Shown piece after piece: positions 34,561 to 47,200 of a stretch of DNA of 64,000 bases; position 1 is the stretch's first letter; each line of letters starts with the position of its first letter. The stretch is from Macrostomum lignano (taxonomy: Eukaryota). Both the position numbers and the translations under genes were made by a program. Where the stretch lies: the NCBI GenBank assembly GCA_002269645.1, contig NIVC01000345.1, positions 1-64,000 on the forward strand, in the 5' to 3' direction. The notes under the pieces were generated by a model. That model did no database searches and was not told where the DNA came from. It saw only the letters and a list, made by a program, of their open reading frames with translations.

Positions 34561-35145
34561 GTTCCAGATCTCTCACTATTTAAGATCCCAATTGACACTC
34601 TTAGATCCCTTAATCTCACTCTCAAATCCCCAATCTACTACCTAGATCCAAATCTAAACTACATATCCATCTACAGTAAAAGATGAACGTTTTTTTGCAT
34701 TGCGAAAGGACGATTTTAAACAAAAATAGCTCATATCAGTGCGTTCTTCTTTACTGTAATTAGCACTTAAGTAATACCTTGTTTTCTAACCTCGCTCCTA
34801 TATTTTGCCCATTTTGTCAACTACCAAAAGCATTTATATAGCTTACTGCGGCAACTGTTCTCAGTACAAACTATTCAACAACTACAGGCTTCCGGCTCCG
34901 AAAAAATATGTTTCTATTTCTATATTTAAAAAAAATTGTCTGCTTTAAAGACAAAATGCAAAAGCGACTTCTTTAGGAGACCAGTAAAGATTGAATTGAA
35001 GCCTTTAGAATGAAAAGTGTTTCCACTTACTTAAAGTAGCTACTTTCTATTGAACATTTTGCTTTCATAGACAATTCGTTGTCAGGCGCTGCGACCGATG
35101 ATTCTTTGCATTGTTCTGCATAAAAAATACAATCAATGGATAAAT

Positions 35146-35240
35146 AATCAGCGGTCTCAGTGCGTGACAACGATTGTCTGGCGAGCGCCGGTAGGCGCGA
35201 GCCATAGACAAATCGTTGTCACGTGCTGCGACCGCTGATT
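35146..35240. repeat. Foldback/hairpin element
   Basis: AATCAGCGGTC..CGTGACAACGATT.GTCT..GAGCGCC-GGTA-GGCGCGAGCC..AGACAAATCGTTGTCACG..GACCGCTGATT. Confidence 0.7.
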
Positions 35241-36125
35241 CTTTGCATTGTTTTTCTGTTTGACGATTCTACAGACAATGCATTGTTTGTAGTAATGGAT
35301 TGTTCTGCATTAAAAATGTGAATAATGATCGTCAAATTGCTAAACAATTACAATGACCGTCAAATTGCAGCTAAACAATGGCATTCGATGCGAGAGACTA
35401 ACTAAAGTAGACTGCTAAAATATGGACCAACTTATTTAAATCGAAATTCATTTCAGAATGTAAAACTTCCGCATCTTTCTACCAGCTAGCTTTCTCGTCA
35501 GCCTTTTTTGCTTCTACATATACTGTTATCAGAAACTTTAAACAAAAGCTTACGACTAGCTAATTAAGTACGCTCGCACATGAAAAAAATGTATTATCGT
35601 TTTATAACTTTATATAGCAAAATATATAGAAAGAGCAAATCACAGAATACGGAGCAAATAGCCTAGCTGATTATGTCTCGGTACCATGCATGTCAAAAGG
35701 AGTTAGTATATTCACTCAAGTGCATAATGTCCACACACACAATGAGTTTGCATGAGTTTTTAGTTCGACAAGTTTCACAAAGCCGTGAAGAATTTCTAAA
35801 AAGTTAGTTATATTAAATTAAAGTAAAATAAAGTGCATACTAATTTCGGTCCAATTTATGAGTTAAAAATTTCTCTGAGTATTCAAAAGTGCATACGGAT
35901 ATATTTACCATCGATAGGCTCTGACTGAGCTCCACAAGGTCTTTGTCGGCAAATTTTACTACTTAGTTATCAACTGTGCTAATTATCGGCATACAAGCTA
36001 CATCAGCATCAACCAGATTACTCAACTACAGCTAAACTAACGTAGGAACCAATTTTGAATTTCGTTTTAGGATATAAGTATATTAAAAGCACGTTGCATA
36101 GAGAGAATACTTTCTCGGCAAGGAC

Positions 36126-36186
36126 ATGAAGATTGCGGGACTTCTTGAATGGGCTTTCGCTTGGACTTTGCTGCTAACCGTAATTG
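36126..36186 (+). CDS. Duplicated signal-peptide exon of the three-finger gene (alternative first exon or orphan copy)
   Basis: ATG...[21 protein letters not shown]|GTAAGT, 61 nt, phase-1 donor, near-identical to 38242-38302. The upstream region (~35695 onward) is also duplicated at ~37686 onward. No module exon of its own was found before 38242. Confidence 0.7.
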
Positions 36187-36606
36187 GTAAGTCATTTGTT
36201 GACTGTTAGTCCTTGGTATTTACTTATAGCAACGTAGGTTGGAAGTTCCATCAAGAAAGTAGACTACAGTACTACAAATTCACAAAGAGCCTTAGCACCA
36301 GGAGCCTTAGCACCAGGGGCGCCGGCAACAGTCATTAGGGGCACTACAAATGAGGGCAACGTATCACAATATACTTAAACTGGCACTTAAGGGACAGAAT
36401 TGGGAGAAATTGATCGGCTCTATTGTATTTGGTTTCAGCTTTACAATAGCTATATTTGTTGGGGGTTAAGTTATCGAAAAAATATAAATATTATTATCAA
36501 TAACCATCCTACACATACATATCACAATTTCACTATAACAGGTTACAGTAATACGCTTCTTTAAAAGCCTTCAACGTCTAAACTTCCGTATTAATTTCAT
36601 TAAATT

Positions 36607-37022
36607 ACTCTCGCTCCCAGATCCTCACTCTCGCTCTCAGATCCTCACTCTCGCTCCCAGATCCTCACTCTCGCTCCCAGATCCTCACTCTCGCTCTCAG
36701 ATCCTCACTCTCGCTCCCAGATCCTCACTCTCGCTCTCAGATCCTCACTCACGCTCCCAGATCCTCACTCTCGCTCTCAGATCCTCACTCTCGCTCCCAG
36801 ATCCTCACTCTCGCTCTCAGATCCTCACTCGCGCTCCCAGATCCCCACTCTCGCTCCCAGATCCTCACTCTCGCTCTCAGATCCTCACTCTCGCTCCCAG
36901 ATCCTCACTCTCGCTCTCAGATCCTCACTCTCGCTCTCAGATCCTCACTCTCGCTCTCAAATCCTCACTCTCGCTCTCAAATCATCACTCTCGCTCTCAG
37001 CTCCTCACTCTCGCTCCCAGAA
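36607..37022. repeat. 20-bp minisatellite (CTCGCTCYCAGATCCTCACT), related to the 33.9-34.6 kb array
   Basis: Direct reading. Confidence 0.92.
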
Positions 37023-37049
37023 CTCCCAGAGCGGGGCCATCAGCTGCTA

Positions 37050-37560
37050 ATTTTCTACTCCACTGTCATGGTTTTATGTAACCAGATGGAACCAAAAGCG
37101 GCCTGTGTCGCCCGCTATTCTAATGGAGATGTGACGACTAGTGGACGACTCCGATGGACTTCAGCTGGCCTGCTGGGCTGTCACCGTCTGCTGCTGGTGG
37201 GGGGAGGGTCCGGCACTTTCCTGTCGCGCTGACCTGCTTCAGCATCCAAAGGGTCTTGTTTTGCGCTGCGAATTCGGCAAGACCATCCAGTACAAAGAGC
37301 GAAGTCACATGATGCTGCTGCCGAGATTGACATGGCGGTGCCCGGTGAACGCAGTCGAGCGACACATCCAACGGATTGCGGTCAGCGGAGGGTGTTCGAC
37401 GAGAACTGTAATCCGCGCACAGTCTGCGTAGAGGAGGTGCCACCTGGGCGTCAGTGCTTGGCCTCCCAGTGTCTGACATCATGCGCACTGGTTACTGGAG
37501 GAGTGAGGCTGTGCAGCGACACCTCCCTCGGTTTCATCAGGTAGCTGAAAATTTTGCCAG
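37050..37560 (+). pseudogene. Very decayed non-LTR RT C-terminal fragment
   Basis: GC-rich island whose translations loosely resemble the C-terminal ends of the 8-9 kb and 28-29 kb fragments. Confidence 0.35.
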
Positions 37561-38164
37561 TAGTGTCTCAGCCCTGTTTTAGCTCCCCCTTTTCTGCTCC
37601 TATCTTCTTGCTTGCTTTGGGTTTGGGGGCCGCTTTGTGTATCGCCTCTCGATTGATTCTCGCCAAAAATAATATTGCTGATCACAAGGAGTTAGTATTC
37701 ACTTAAGTGCATCAGGTCAACCGTTTTTTGCACACGCAATGGGTTCCGTGACAATATTTGTGTTCTCCGGGATTTTATTTGGTAATATTCAATAATATCC
37801 CGTAAAGTCTTTATGTCTCTGGTTTATACGAGATTACACATGCCTTTTTCGGGAGTTATTTTCATAAATCCCTCGGGCCTCAGGCCCTCGTGATTTATAC
37901 AAATAACTCCCTCAAAAGGCATGTTTAATCTGATACTTAGTTCGAAAAATTTCACAAAGCCGTCTAAACAGTTAGTGATATGAAATTGTTTTGAAATAAA
38001 GTACATACTAAGTTCAGTCTAATTTATGAGTTAATAAGCACTTCTCTGAGTATTCATAAGAGTACAGATATATTTACCATAGATCAGCTCTGATTGAGCT
38101 TGACAACAGGCACTAGTCGGCAAACTGCGCTAATTATCGGCACACAAATTAATGTATCAGAATC

Positions 38165-38241
38165 AACCAATTTTGACCTTCGCTAGGATTTAAGATATAA
38201 AAGCACGTTGCATAGTGAGAATATACTTTCTCGGCAAGGAC
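38165..38241 (+). promoter_or_regulatory. Core promoter of the three-finger gene (CCAAT and TATA box)
   Basis: AACCAAT at ~38165 and TATAAAA at 38196-38202, about 40 nt upstream of the ATG. The paralogous promoter copy has AACCAAT (~36047) and TATATTAAAA (~36079). Confidence 0.55.
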
Positions 38242-41200
38242 ATGAAGAGTGCGGGACTTCTTGAATCGGCTCTCGCTTGGACTTTACTGCTAACCGTAAT
38301 TGGTAAGCCATTTGTTGACTGTTAAAATATTAGTCCTGGTGTTTACTTATAGCTAGTTACATGTAGTTACATGCAGAGGTCAATATAGTCGCAAACGAGC
38401 TCTAAAAAATGGGGTCGTGCGCACGGATTCAAATCTGGGGTTGTTTTGCGGGAGAGAGCGAGTAGCCTCGACCGTTAAGCAATTCTACCACTGTATGAAA
38501 TATTTACCATCTAGCTTTAGACCAGAGGCACGTCTTTGCATTAGGTTCACGATATTTCACAGATTGTGATGAGCAAATTCTCAAGTTAAATAAAATTTTG
38601 CGTTCGTGTCAACTACTCGTATATCAACGCAGGTTGGAAGCTGCATTGCAAAAACTTAAAAGTAGACTACTAATTACATGCGATGTAGCTATGAAACAAT
38701 TGATTTTCAGCCAACTATCAGCGCTTTTTGGTGTTTAATGATTGATACTTATAAAATTTTACCAGTGTATATTTAATTTTGACATTGCAGCGACTGCTGC
38801 AGGCCTGGAATGCCATGATCAAGAAAGCACAAATCACACAATAAAATGCTCGGATCATCAGAAAACTTGCGCTCGAAGCTACTTTAGCGACGGTGTAAGA
38901 ATTCTAACAGTGCAAAAGTGTTAATTCGAATCTACGAATTTTAAAGTCGGATTTTCAAAAAAATGTTATCTTCTCACTTCTAATTTTAGAAATTTATGGG
39001 TGCTTCCTGCGGCGGTTGCACCAAGTTTCATTTCGCCGCGCTCTCAGTCGGATTAACGGCGTTCTGCAAAACCTGCAGCGACGACAAGTGCAACTCTGCT
39101 AAGCTAACAAACGGCTTATGTAAGTTTTTTATATAATTTACTAGATGTTCTATCAAATTCTCAAAAAATAGCGTCTATGTCCCTAAGCTACAGAACTCAA
39201 ATTTATAAGCAACCCATGTTGGCTTTTTTCGCACAAATGACGAAAAACAGCGGTCGCACTATCTCTACTGCCGCAATACAAAGTGGCCTATCTAAGGGAA
39301 TAATTAAAGATCTATGGTAGCTACCAAAACACCAGCTTTTACAATTATATATACCTTTTTACGTTCTATTTGATAAAAACTGCAACCAATTTGGCCACGG
39401 CTCAGCCTGACCATAGACATAGAATTTTCCATAGACAGCCACCGCTAGCGGCAACCAATTTGGTAAAAACTGCGAGCTATTTTGCCAGCTTGAAGATAGC
39501 AGCTGCTCTGATGGCGAATCGTGGGCCGTACCAAAAGATAAGTCAGCTGGATCGAGAGCGAATCGTGAGAGCGTACAGGGGGGGGGAGTGGCGACGACTG
39601 GGGAGAGCTTGGCAGAATGATGGGGATGAAGAAACCGACAGTGAGGAACATCGTGACCACGTATGAACGAACTGGTAGAGTTGGCACTCTGCCAAAAGGA
39701 GGAGTGAAGAGGATGGCGCTGACGGAGGCTATGGTGGACACCATTGTTCAATTCGTCGAAGGTCAACCTACTGCCTCTCACGCCTCTCAAGTGCCTGCGC
39801 TGGATCAACCATTCCCAGACGTACTTCAATCCCATTCATTGAATCCCATTCCCATTCATTCCCAGACGTGCTTGAATGCTGAGGACATAATGTTCTGACT
39901 TCGTGCATGTATTGTTAACATTCTTTATCGTTATTGTTATGCTATTGAGCTGCTATCTTCAAGCTGGCAAAATAGCTCGCAGTTTTTACCAAATTGGTTG
40001 CCGCTAGCGGTGGCTGTCTATGGAAAATTGCTGCGGCTGCGTCAGGCTGAGCCGTGGCCAAATTGGTTGCAGTTTTTATCAAATAGAACGTAAAAAGGTA
40101 TATTTAAAGCCAGTTTTTTCCTGATCTTTTCTAATTGATAAAAACTATCTAGTACATGTACGTGTACAAGTAGCTAATAAAAAGAACAGGAGCGTCGCCA
40201 GGGGGGACAGGGGGGGACATGTCCCCTCCAGTAAAAAATCTGGGGGACATGCCAATGCTTTGTCTCCCCCTTACCCCACCTTTTGTATGACCCGTTGTGG
40301 AAATCAATCATCTTGCTGCAAGGCGACAAAACATAGAGCCTGCGGCGCCAAAATGAGTACCTGCGGCGCCAAAATGGTGCCTGTGGCGCCAAAATAAGTG
40401 CCTGCGGCGCCAAAATGGTTCCTGTAGCACTAAATTGAGTGCTGACAACACTGCTGATTCTGAAAATAATGTACATGCAGCAGTTTTGTAATATAATCCA
40501 CCATAAAATCCAATGCGACGTCCTTTGAAAATAAGCATAAGAAAGTCAGTTGTTGCAAAAGCCTATTTTATAATAACACTTCAGCTTTCAGCCCTCAATT
40601 CTCCTGCTCGGTCGGATCCAACTTGATTGTGCTCTGCAACACCGGGGTCAGCGTGTGTTTTCGAGCTAAATACAGCAATGGAGTAAGTTACGCTCGTATT
40701 TATTGCTAGAATTAGTGGTGTGACTAAATGAGCATCTTATTTCTTTTTTGTTATAAATACAGCGTACAATAAGCGGTTGCGGCGAGTGTGCCGGCATCAT
40801 GGCTGAGGCCTTGAAAGAGAAAAAAGCAGTCGCATGCAAAACCTGTTCGACAGCTAAGTGTAATACCGAAGTTCTATTGACTGTCGAAGGTAAGTAAATC
40901 TACATTTACTGTGCATAATCAGATTTGTTATTAGGTAATAAAGAAAGAAGCAAATTTCAATGACAAGTTACAAGTTACACAATATTAATTGGAAACGCCT
41001 TTAGTAGCAAAGGAAGTAGCAAGTAGCAAAATGACAAAATAAAGCCTTCACAAAGATAACTTTCTTAAATAGACAGCATCCCAATTACCGCAACTATCCC
41101 CCAGAATGAAAGCGTTCTCCAGATAGACAGTATCCCCCAGATAGAAAGCATGCCCTAGATACCAAGCATCCCAGATAGCAAGCATAGCAAGCATCCCTGA

Positions 41201-44200
41201 ATAGAAAGAATTCTTAGCTAGCAAGTACCCCCCAATACAAGCATCCCCCAAATACAATACTAGCAATTAAGCATCCCCCAGAAAGCAAGCATAATTTAAA
41301 TTGATCGAAAACTCTGTAAAAAAGATCAGGTTGCTGCGCCACAATGAAAAAACAGTATAACAAATTAATTTTAAAAAGCTTAGGCTCAGCGCATTCTAAA
41401 ACTTTCGTCAATTGTGATCGCAATCTTCAAGTCACCAGCATTTACCTTTGTCGCACTATCTGCAACGGATTTTGTGTCGTTAGAATTCATGTTTTGCTCT
41501 GTTGGCTAAAGTAAATTAAAAAGTAACAGCAAAATCATTTTGCTTGATTAGGGTTAGCATTTTATCGGTCTTAACAGCACTCAAGCTTGACAATGACTTT
41601 ATTAGCTATTTGTTTTAAATCATACACACTGATAGCAGTAGGTCTACATGGAATGTAAATGAATTCTTAGTTTTCTCACGATGCCTTAGAAACAAAATGC
41701 TGCTATAGAGGAAAACAATCTCTTATGAATATCCACCCTATATTGATTTCGAATGTTACATACGAATTGTTCCAATTGTTTGCTAGCGCCTACGCCAAAA
41801 ACGGAGTGTCAACCTAGCGCCGCTGTCGACCCGAAAATCCCGGCAAAATGCGTCTACTTTCAAAATGAGCACAGCGACGAGGTAAGTGCTCTGAACAACT
41901 CGATCTACTCAAGATCAAGTTTTGTACGAGCTATATACAAAGCCATCTTTTTTTACAGAAAACGATTGTTGCTACTTGCGGAGACTGTGTCAGCTTTTCT
42001 AAGTACGCCGACAAAGCGCTAATCTCAACTACTTGCCAGTCTTGCACTGCAGATACGTGCGCTGCCGAACCATCAATGGCGAAAGTTGGTAAGTATATAG
42101 CTGTCTTTTTAATAATTAAGGCTTTTAATCAGAATATACTTAATATGAGACGCTTTTTAATAATATTATTGAGCTTTTCGATTCTTATCCGACTAGCAGT
42201 GAATTTTCATGTCAAATACTAAAACATTCTGCTTATTGCAGAGCCAGCTGCTAAAGGCTTAAAGTGCTTCGTTAGTTTCGACCAAAAATCCAAAGTCAAG
42301 ACGCTAGCAATGTGCAAAGCAGGCGTGAGGCAATGTCACAGAGCCGAGTCTAAAAGCGGACGGGTAAGTCAGACAAACCTCTGTTGGAAGGCGCATGCAG
42401 TATTGTTTATTAGTGTATTATTGACAAAGAACATTCTTGTGTTTGCAGAATTTTCTACATTCGGGTTGTGGTGACTGCTCGGAAGCCAGTGAGGAAACTA
42501 AGAGTTTAGGACGCTTCGCGCGTGTTGAATGCAAATCCTGCAACACAAACGGATGCAATACGCCAAGCCTAACATTCGATAAATATGGTAATAAATATCT
42601 TCGCGGATTATTTATAATTTTTGGTAACATTTTTTTCGATTTTTATCGATAGGCCGGTAATTTTAAATTTTTTCAATCAGTTTCTTCACTAAATACGCAG
42701 TGTCCCTGGACAGAGTAGTTAGTAAATACGGCCAGGCAGTACTTCTTTCAGGAGCTGATTTTGTTTGATTAAGTAGGCTACAGTACTAGCAGAAGTATGA
42801 CCTGCACCTACAGCCAGGACTGCTTATTTTTAGAATGAATAATTTTCTCGAAATGAACAATTGAATAAAACTACTGTAAAGGCGACATACTGCTGTGTAC
42901 AAATACACAAAAGAATGAAAAAGCGACTTCATAGATATTAGTTTCGAAGCTTGCCGTACTTTTGTCACTTTATTTGTAATATTTTCCGTTAGGGTCATAC
43001 ATTTACGTACCTGTATACTAATATATTTTTCTCAAACATTTTCACTTTTTAGAATCACATTTACGATGACTTACTAATTAAAAACTCTTATTTATTACAG
43101 AAGAGGCTAGAAAATGTTATGAAGGCGAAGACAAAAGTTATACGATATTGTGCAAATTTTCGGTATGGACATGCATGCGAAGTTACTTCAGCGACGGGGT
43201 AGGTCAAATTAATTTATTGTATACTCTCGGTATGGCTAACAGTGCAGAAAGATATGCCCTGTTAGCTATCAGAATGCTAACAGGGCATATTGCAGGGCAT
43301 ATTAGAAATATATTATACATATTATACAACATACGCTCGTATTATAAAACATAATAATAAAACATAATAAATAATAATAATATTAATATTAAACTATATT
43401 ATTATATTATTAATAAATAATAATATAAAACATATTATATTAGAAATATGACAGGGCAATATAATAAAACATATTATATTAGAAATATGACAGGGCATAT
43501 TTCTGATTACAATAAATCAGAAAGCTAACTTCTACAGAAAGATATCAACAGTTTATATTTGTATCTGATTTATTGCAGACATTTATGAGCGCGGGTTGCG
43601 GAAGCTGCGACAAGTTGCATGCGGAAGCCAAAGCACTTGGAAAGACGGCTATTTGCAGAACTTGCAGCACTAACGAGTGTAATTCAGCCAGTTTGATGGC
43701 AGGTGTTGGTAAGTATAGCTTCAGTTATTATTTCCTCATTTTCTTTGATTTCTTAATTTCTTAATCCTTAGAGCGACGTCAGAAACGTTACACTCCGCCT
43801 AAAATGCGATTGCCACTTCCTAGTTAAATCAACCTACTTCTTCCAAGTTAGCAGCTATAATCAGGTAACCCAGAAGACGGAAGAGTTAACTAGGAAGACG
43901 GAAGAATTGTTTCGTTTACGCTCTCGTAATGATCGTCGCGGAATTTTAGGAGTCCTACTCGAATTTTTCTACTGCAGCTAGTAGCACCCAAAGATTTTTT
44001 CAGTAGTAGTGATTCAAATAGGCTATTCCGGATTTAACAATATTGTAAGATGAAGATTTAGTATATTGTGATAATTTGTTCTGATTATAAATGGCCTTAG
44101 AAGTAGCACGAATAAACAATTAAAGTATAGCTTTATTTAAGTGCTGTTAATTCAAATCGGATTTTTAACTAGGACACGATCTATTTCTTATTACTAGTTT

Positions 44201-47200
44201 AACCTTGAATATTCACATTGGCTTCAACTTATTTATGCGGGACTTTTTGTGCATGGGGGTTAATCCTCAGGTTGTTAATCGCAAGTCAACCCCATAGGCC
44301 AATTTTCTTGTACCCCCAAAGTATCAACTGATGCAAAATAGTGTTTGACATTTGCATTTTTCACTTGGGGCAAATAAAATTGGGTTAGCTACCGATCATG
44401 CTCAGTGCACAATCGGGTGCTACATGTAACATGCAATTACCGTCTAAGATTTCCGTGTAAGAAGTCCTGATATTTATGCTTATTTCCTGATTAATGTAAT
44501 TCAATATTAAGTGACGCAATTGTTTGGTGTCTACATTAGTTGCAGAAAACCCACCGTCAGTTTTCGTGCTGATTTACAATGAATGCCGTTTTCATTGCAG
44601 AATTCCGTGAGTTCTTTCGCTGCCACGTGGCTAATTTTGGCAGAAGATCTTCTACTTCAGTGTGCAATCATGGTGTTACTACCTGCTATGAAGCTGAACT
44701 TACTGATGGGGTGAAAATTTTTAAGCGAATTTTTCTATTGACAAAATTGAAATTAATTATTTCAACTTCCAAGTCAATTTGATTTTTTTCTTAAACTTGC
44801 AGGAAAGGATGGCAAACTGTGGCACCTGTGCAGAGGTTAATAAAAACAAAAAGACAGACAAAAATTGCAAAACTTGCAACACTCCACTATGTAATGTGGG
44901 CCTTCTAAAGCCCTCCCAAGGTACAGAAATTATTGTTGAAGGGACTTAATTTATTAGTATTCTAGAGACAGTGGCACCTACCAAAAGACAGGGGTGCCCA
45001 CCAATAGACAGCGACCAAGAGACAGTGACCAAGAGACAGTGACCAAGAGACAGTGACCAAGAGACAGTGACCAAGAGACAGTGACCAAGAGACAGTGACC
45101 AAGAGACAGTGACCAAGAGACAGTGACCAAGAGACAGTGACCAAGAGACAGTGACCAAGAGACAGTGACCAAGAGACAGTGACCAAGAGACAGTGACCAA
45201 GAGACAGTGACCAAGAGACAGTGACCAAGAGACAGTGACCAAGAGACAGTGACCAAGAGACAGTGACCAAGAGACAGTGACCAAGAGACAGTGACCAAGA
45301 GACAGTGACCAAGAGACAGTGACCAAGAGACAGTGACCAAGAGACAGTGACCAAGAGACAGTGACCAAGAGACAGTGACCAAGAGACAGTGACCAAGAGA
45401 CAGTGACCAAGAGACAGTGACCAAGAGACAGTGACCAAGAGACAGTGACCAAGAGACAGTGACCAAGAGACAGTGACCAAGAGACAGTGACCAAGAGACA
45501 GTGACCAAGAGACAGTGGCGCCCACCAAGAGGCAGTGCGCCCACCAAGAGACAGGGGTGCCCACCAAAATGCCTAATTTGTAGGCCCTTCCCTGGTAAAA
45601 TGTACTGAAATTAGGCAACTCATAGCTAGAGCAGCACATCAATAAACTTTAAAAGAAGATTGCATACTTTTTTATCCGATACAGACTTTGAGTGCTACGT
45701 GAGCTTCAATAAGTCAGTAAACGTTGTGGAAAAATGCCCGCCGGGAGTAAAAAGCTGTTTCCGAGCCCAATCCACTGATGGGGTAAGTCGGTTTGATAAG
45801 CATACTTGTTTTTTGATGTGTGTGATGTAAAGTGTGTAACTCATTTGTTTTCTAATTTTTAATGGAGCCCGTGAAAAGTCGGTTTAATTAATTTCATTGG
45901 CTAGAAATTTTCTTTTAAACTGATGGAATATACACGTCTTTGTGTCCGCTGAATCTTGACACACTTGACTTAGCTGCAGGGCTGTCCCAGAGGGGAGGCA
46001 CAGCGAGAAGACGCGAACGCCCATTCCGCTAATCCCTGAACGGCCGACGTGTCGCTATAGATGATTGATTATCCATAGTCGGCTCGAAGGCCATGATAAA
46101 AGGTTGGTGGGCTACCCTCGAAGGGGCGCGGTACCCACCCGGCCGCTCCACCTGATCGGGCAGTAGGCCAAAAGAACCCTCAAGGCTGGCCCGACACCAG
46201 GAGGGGGACCACTTGCGACCGGACAACTCCCCGGCCTTCCAGCCTATCGGCACGAGTAGCCTTAGGCATGCCTTAGGCCTTAGGCATTAGAGCGTACGTA
46301 CGATCACCCTGGCCGCCAGTCTAGCCGACCGCGCACGGCCGAGTCTCGACGACAGCGGAACATCCGCCGCAACCGTAAGCGGCAGGAGAAGCGGGCTGCT
46401 GCTGCGTCTGAGGAGGGCACGCAAGCCGCGGTGAGGCCTTCGGGAGCCACCGCAGCGGGGAGGCCCTCTGGGGAGTCCGGTGGCGCGGCTGGGCCGTCAG
46501 GAACCGCCGTGTCCTCGGGCTCTCAGGGGGGCAACCCTGCCGGCCTACCGCCTTCCAAAGACAAAGCGGCCCCGCTCAAGACCTCCGAGTCCTACGCGTC
46601 CAAGGTCAAGCAGCCGCTGCAACCCGCCGTGATGATCCTCGGCGGGGATTTCGACCTGACGCCCGAGCAGCTCGACGTCGCGTGGCGTACCATCGACGAG
46701 GGCTTGCTCAATCTAACCCTGGAGGGCGTCTTCGTGGACATCGTCAAGTCCACCAAGGCGAACGGGTGCATCCTACTGTGGTGCAAATCCGAGGAGAGCA
46801 CCCAGCTCCTGCGGGATCAGCTGCCCAAGTTCGACTGGCACAGCGACCTGGGCCAGCTGACCTTCGCCTTGGAGAGCGAGCGGCCGAAGACCATCCGCCA
46901 TCGGATTTGGGTCCCGGCCGACAGTGCAATCAAGTCCGGGGAGCAGCTGCGGCAGCTCCTGCTCAAGCGGCACCCGGATCTCGACGCCAGTGGTCTTGTG
47001 TACCACAGCACGGTCCGCAAGGGCACGACCGGGGCCACAGTCATCCTCGGCCTGACGGAGGGATGGGCCAAGCGGCTACCGCACGGCACAAACCTCCACC
47101 TTGGTCTCCATCAACTGACCATCCTCCGCTGTGAGGAGGGCAAGGTGGAGACCAAGAAAGACGGGAAGCGCGCCGCTCCCGGAGCTGGGGCTCATGCCCC

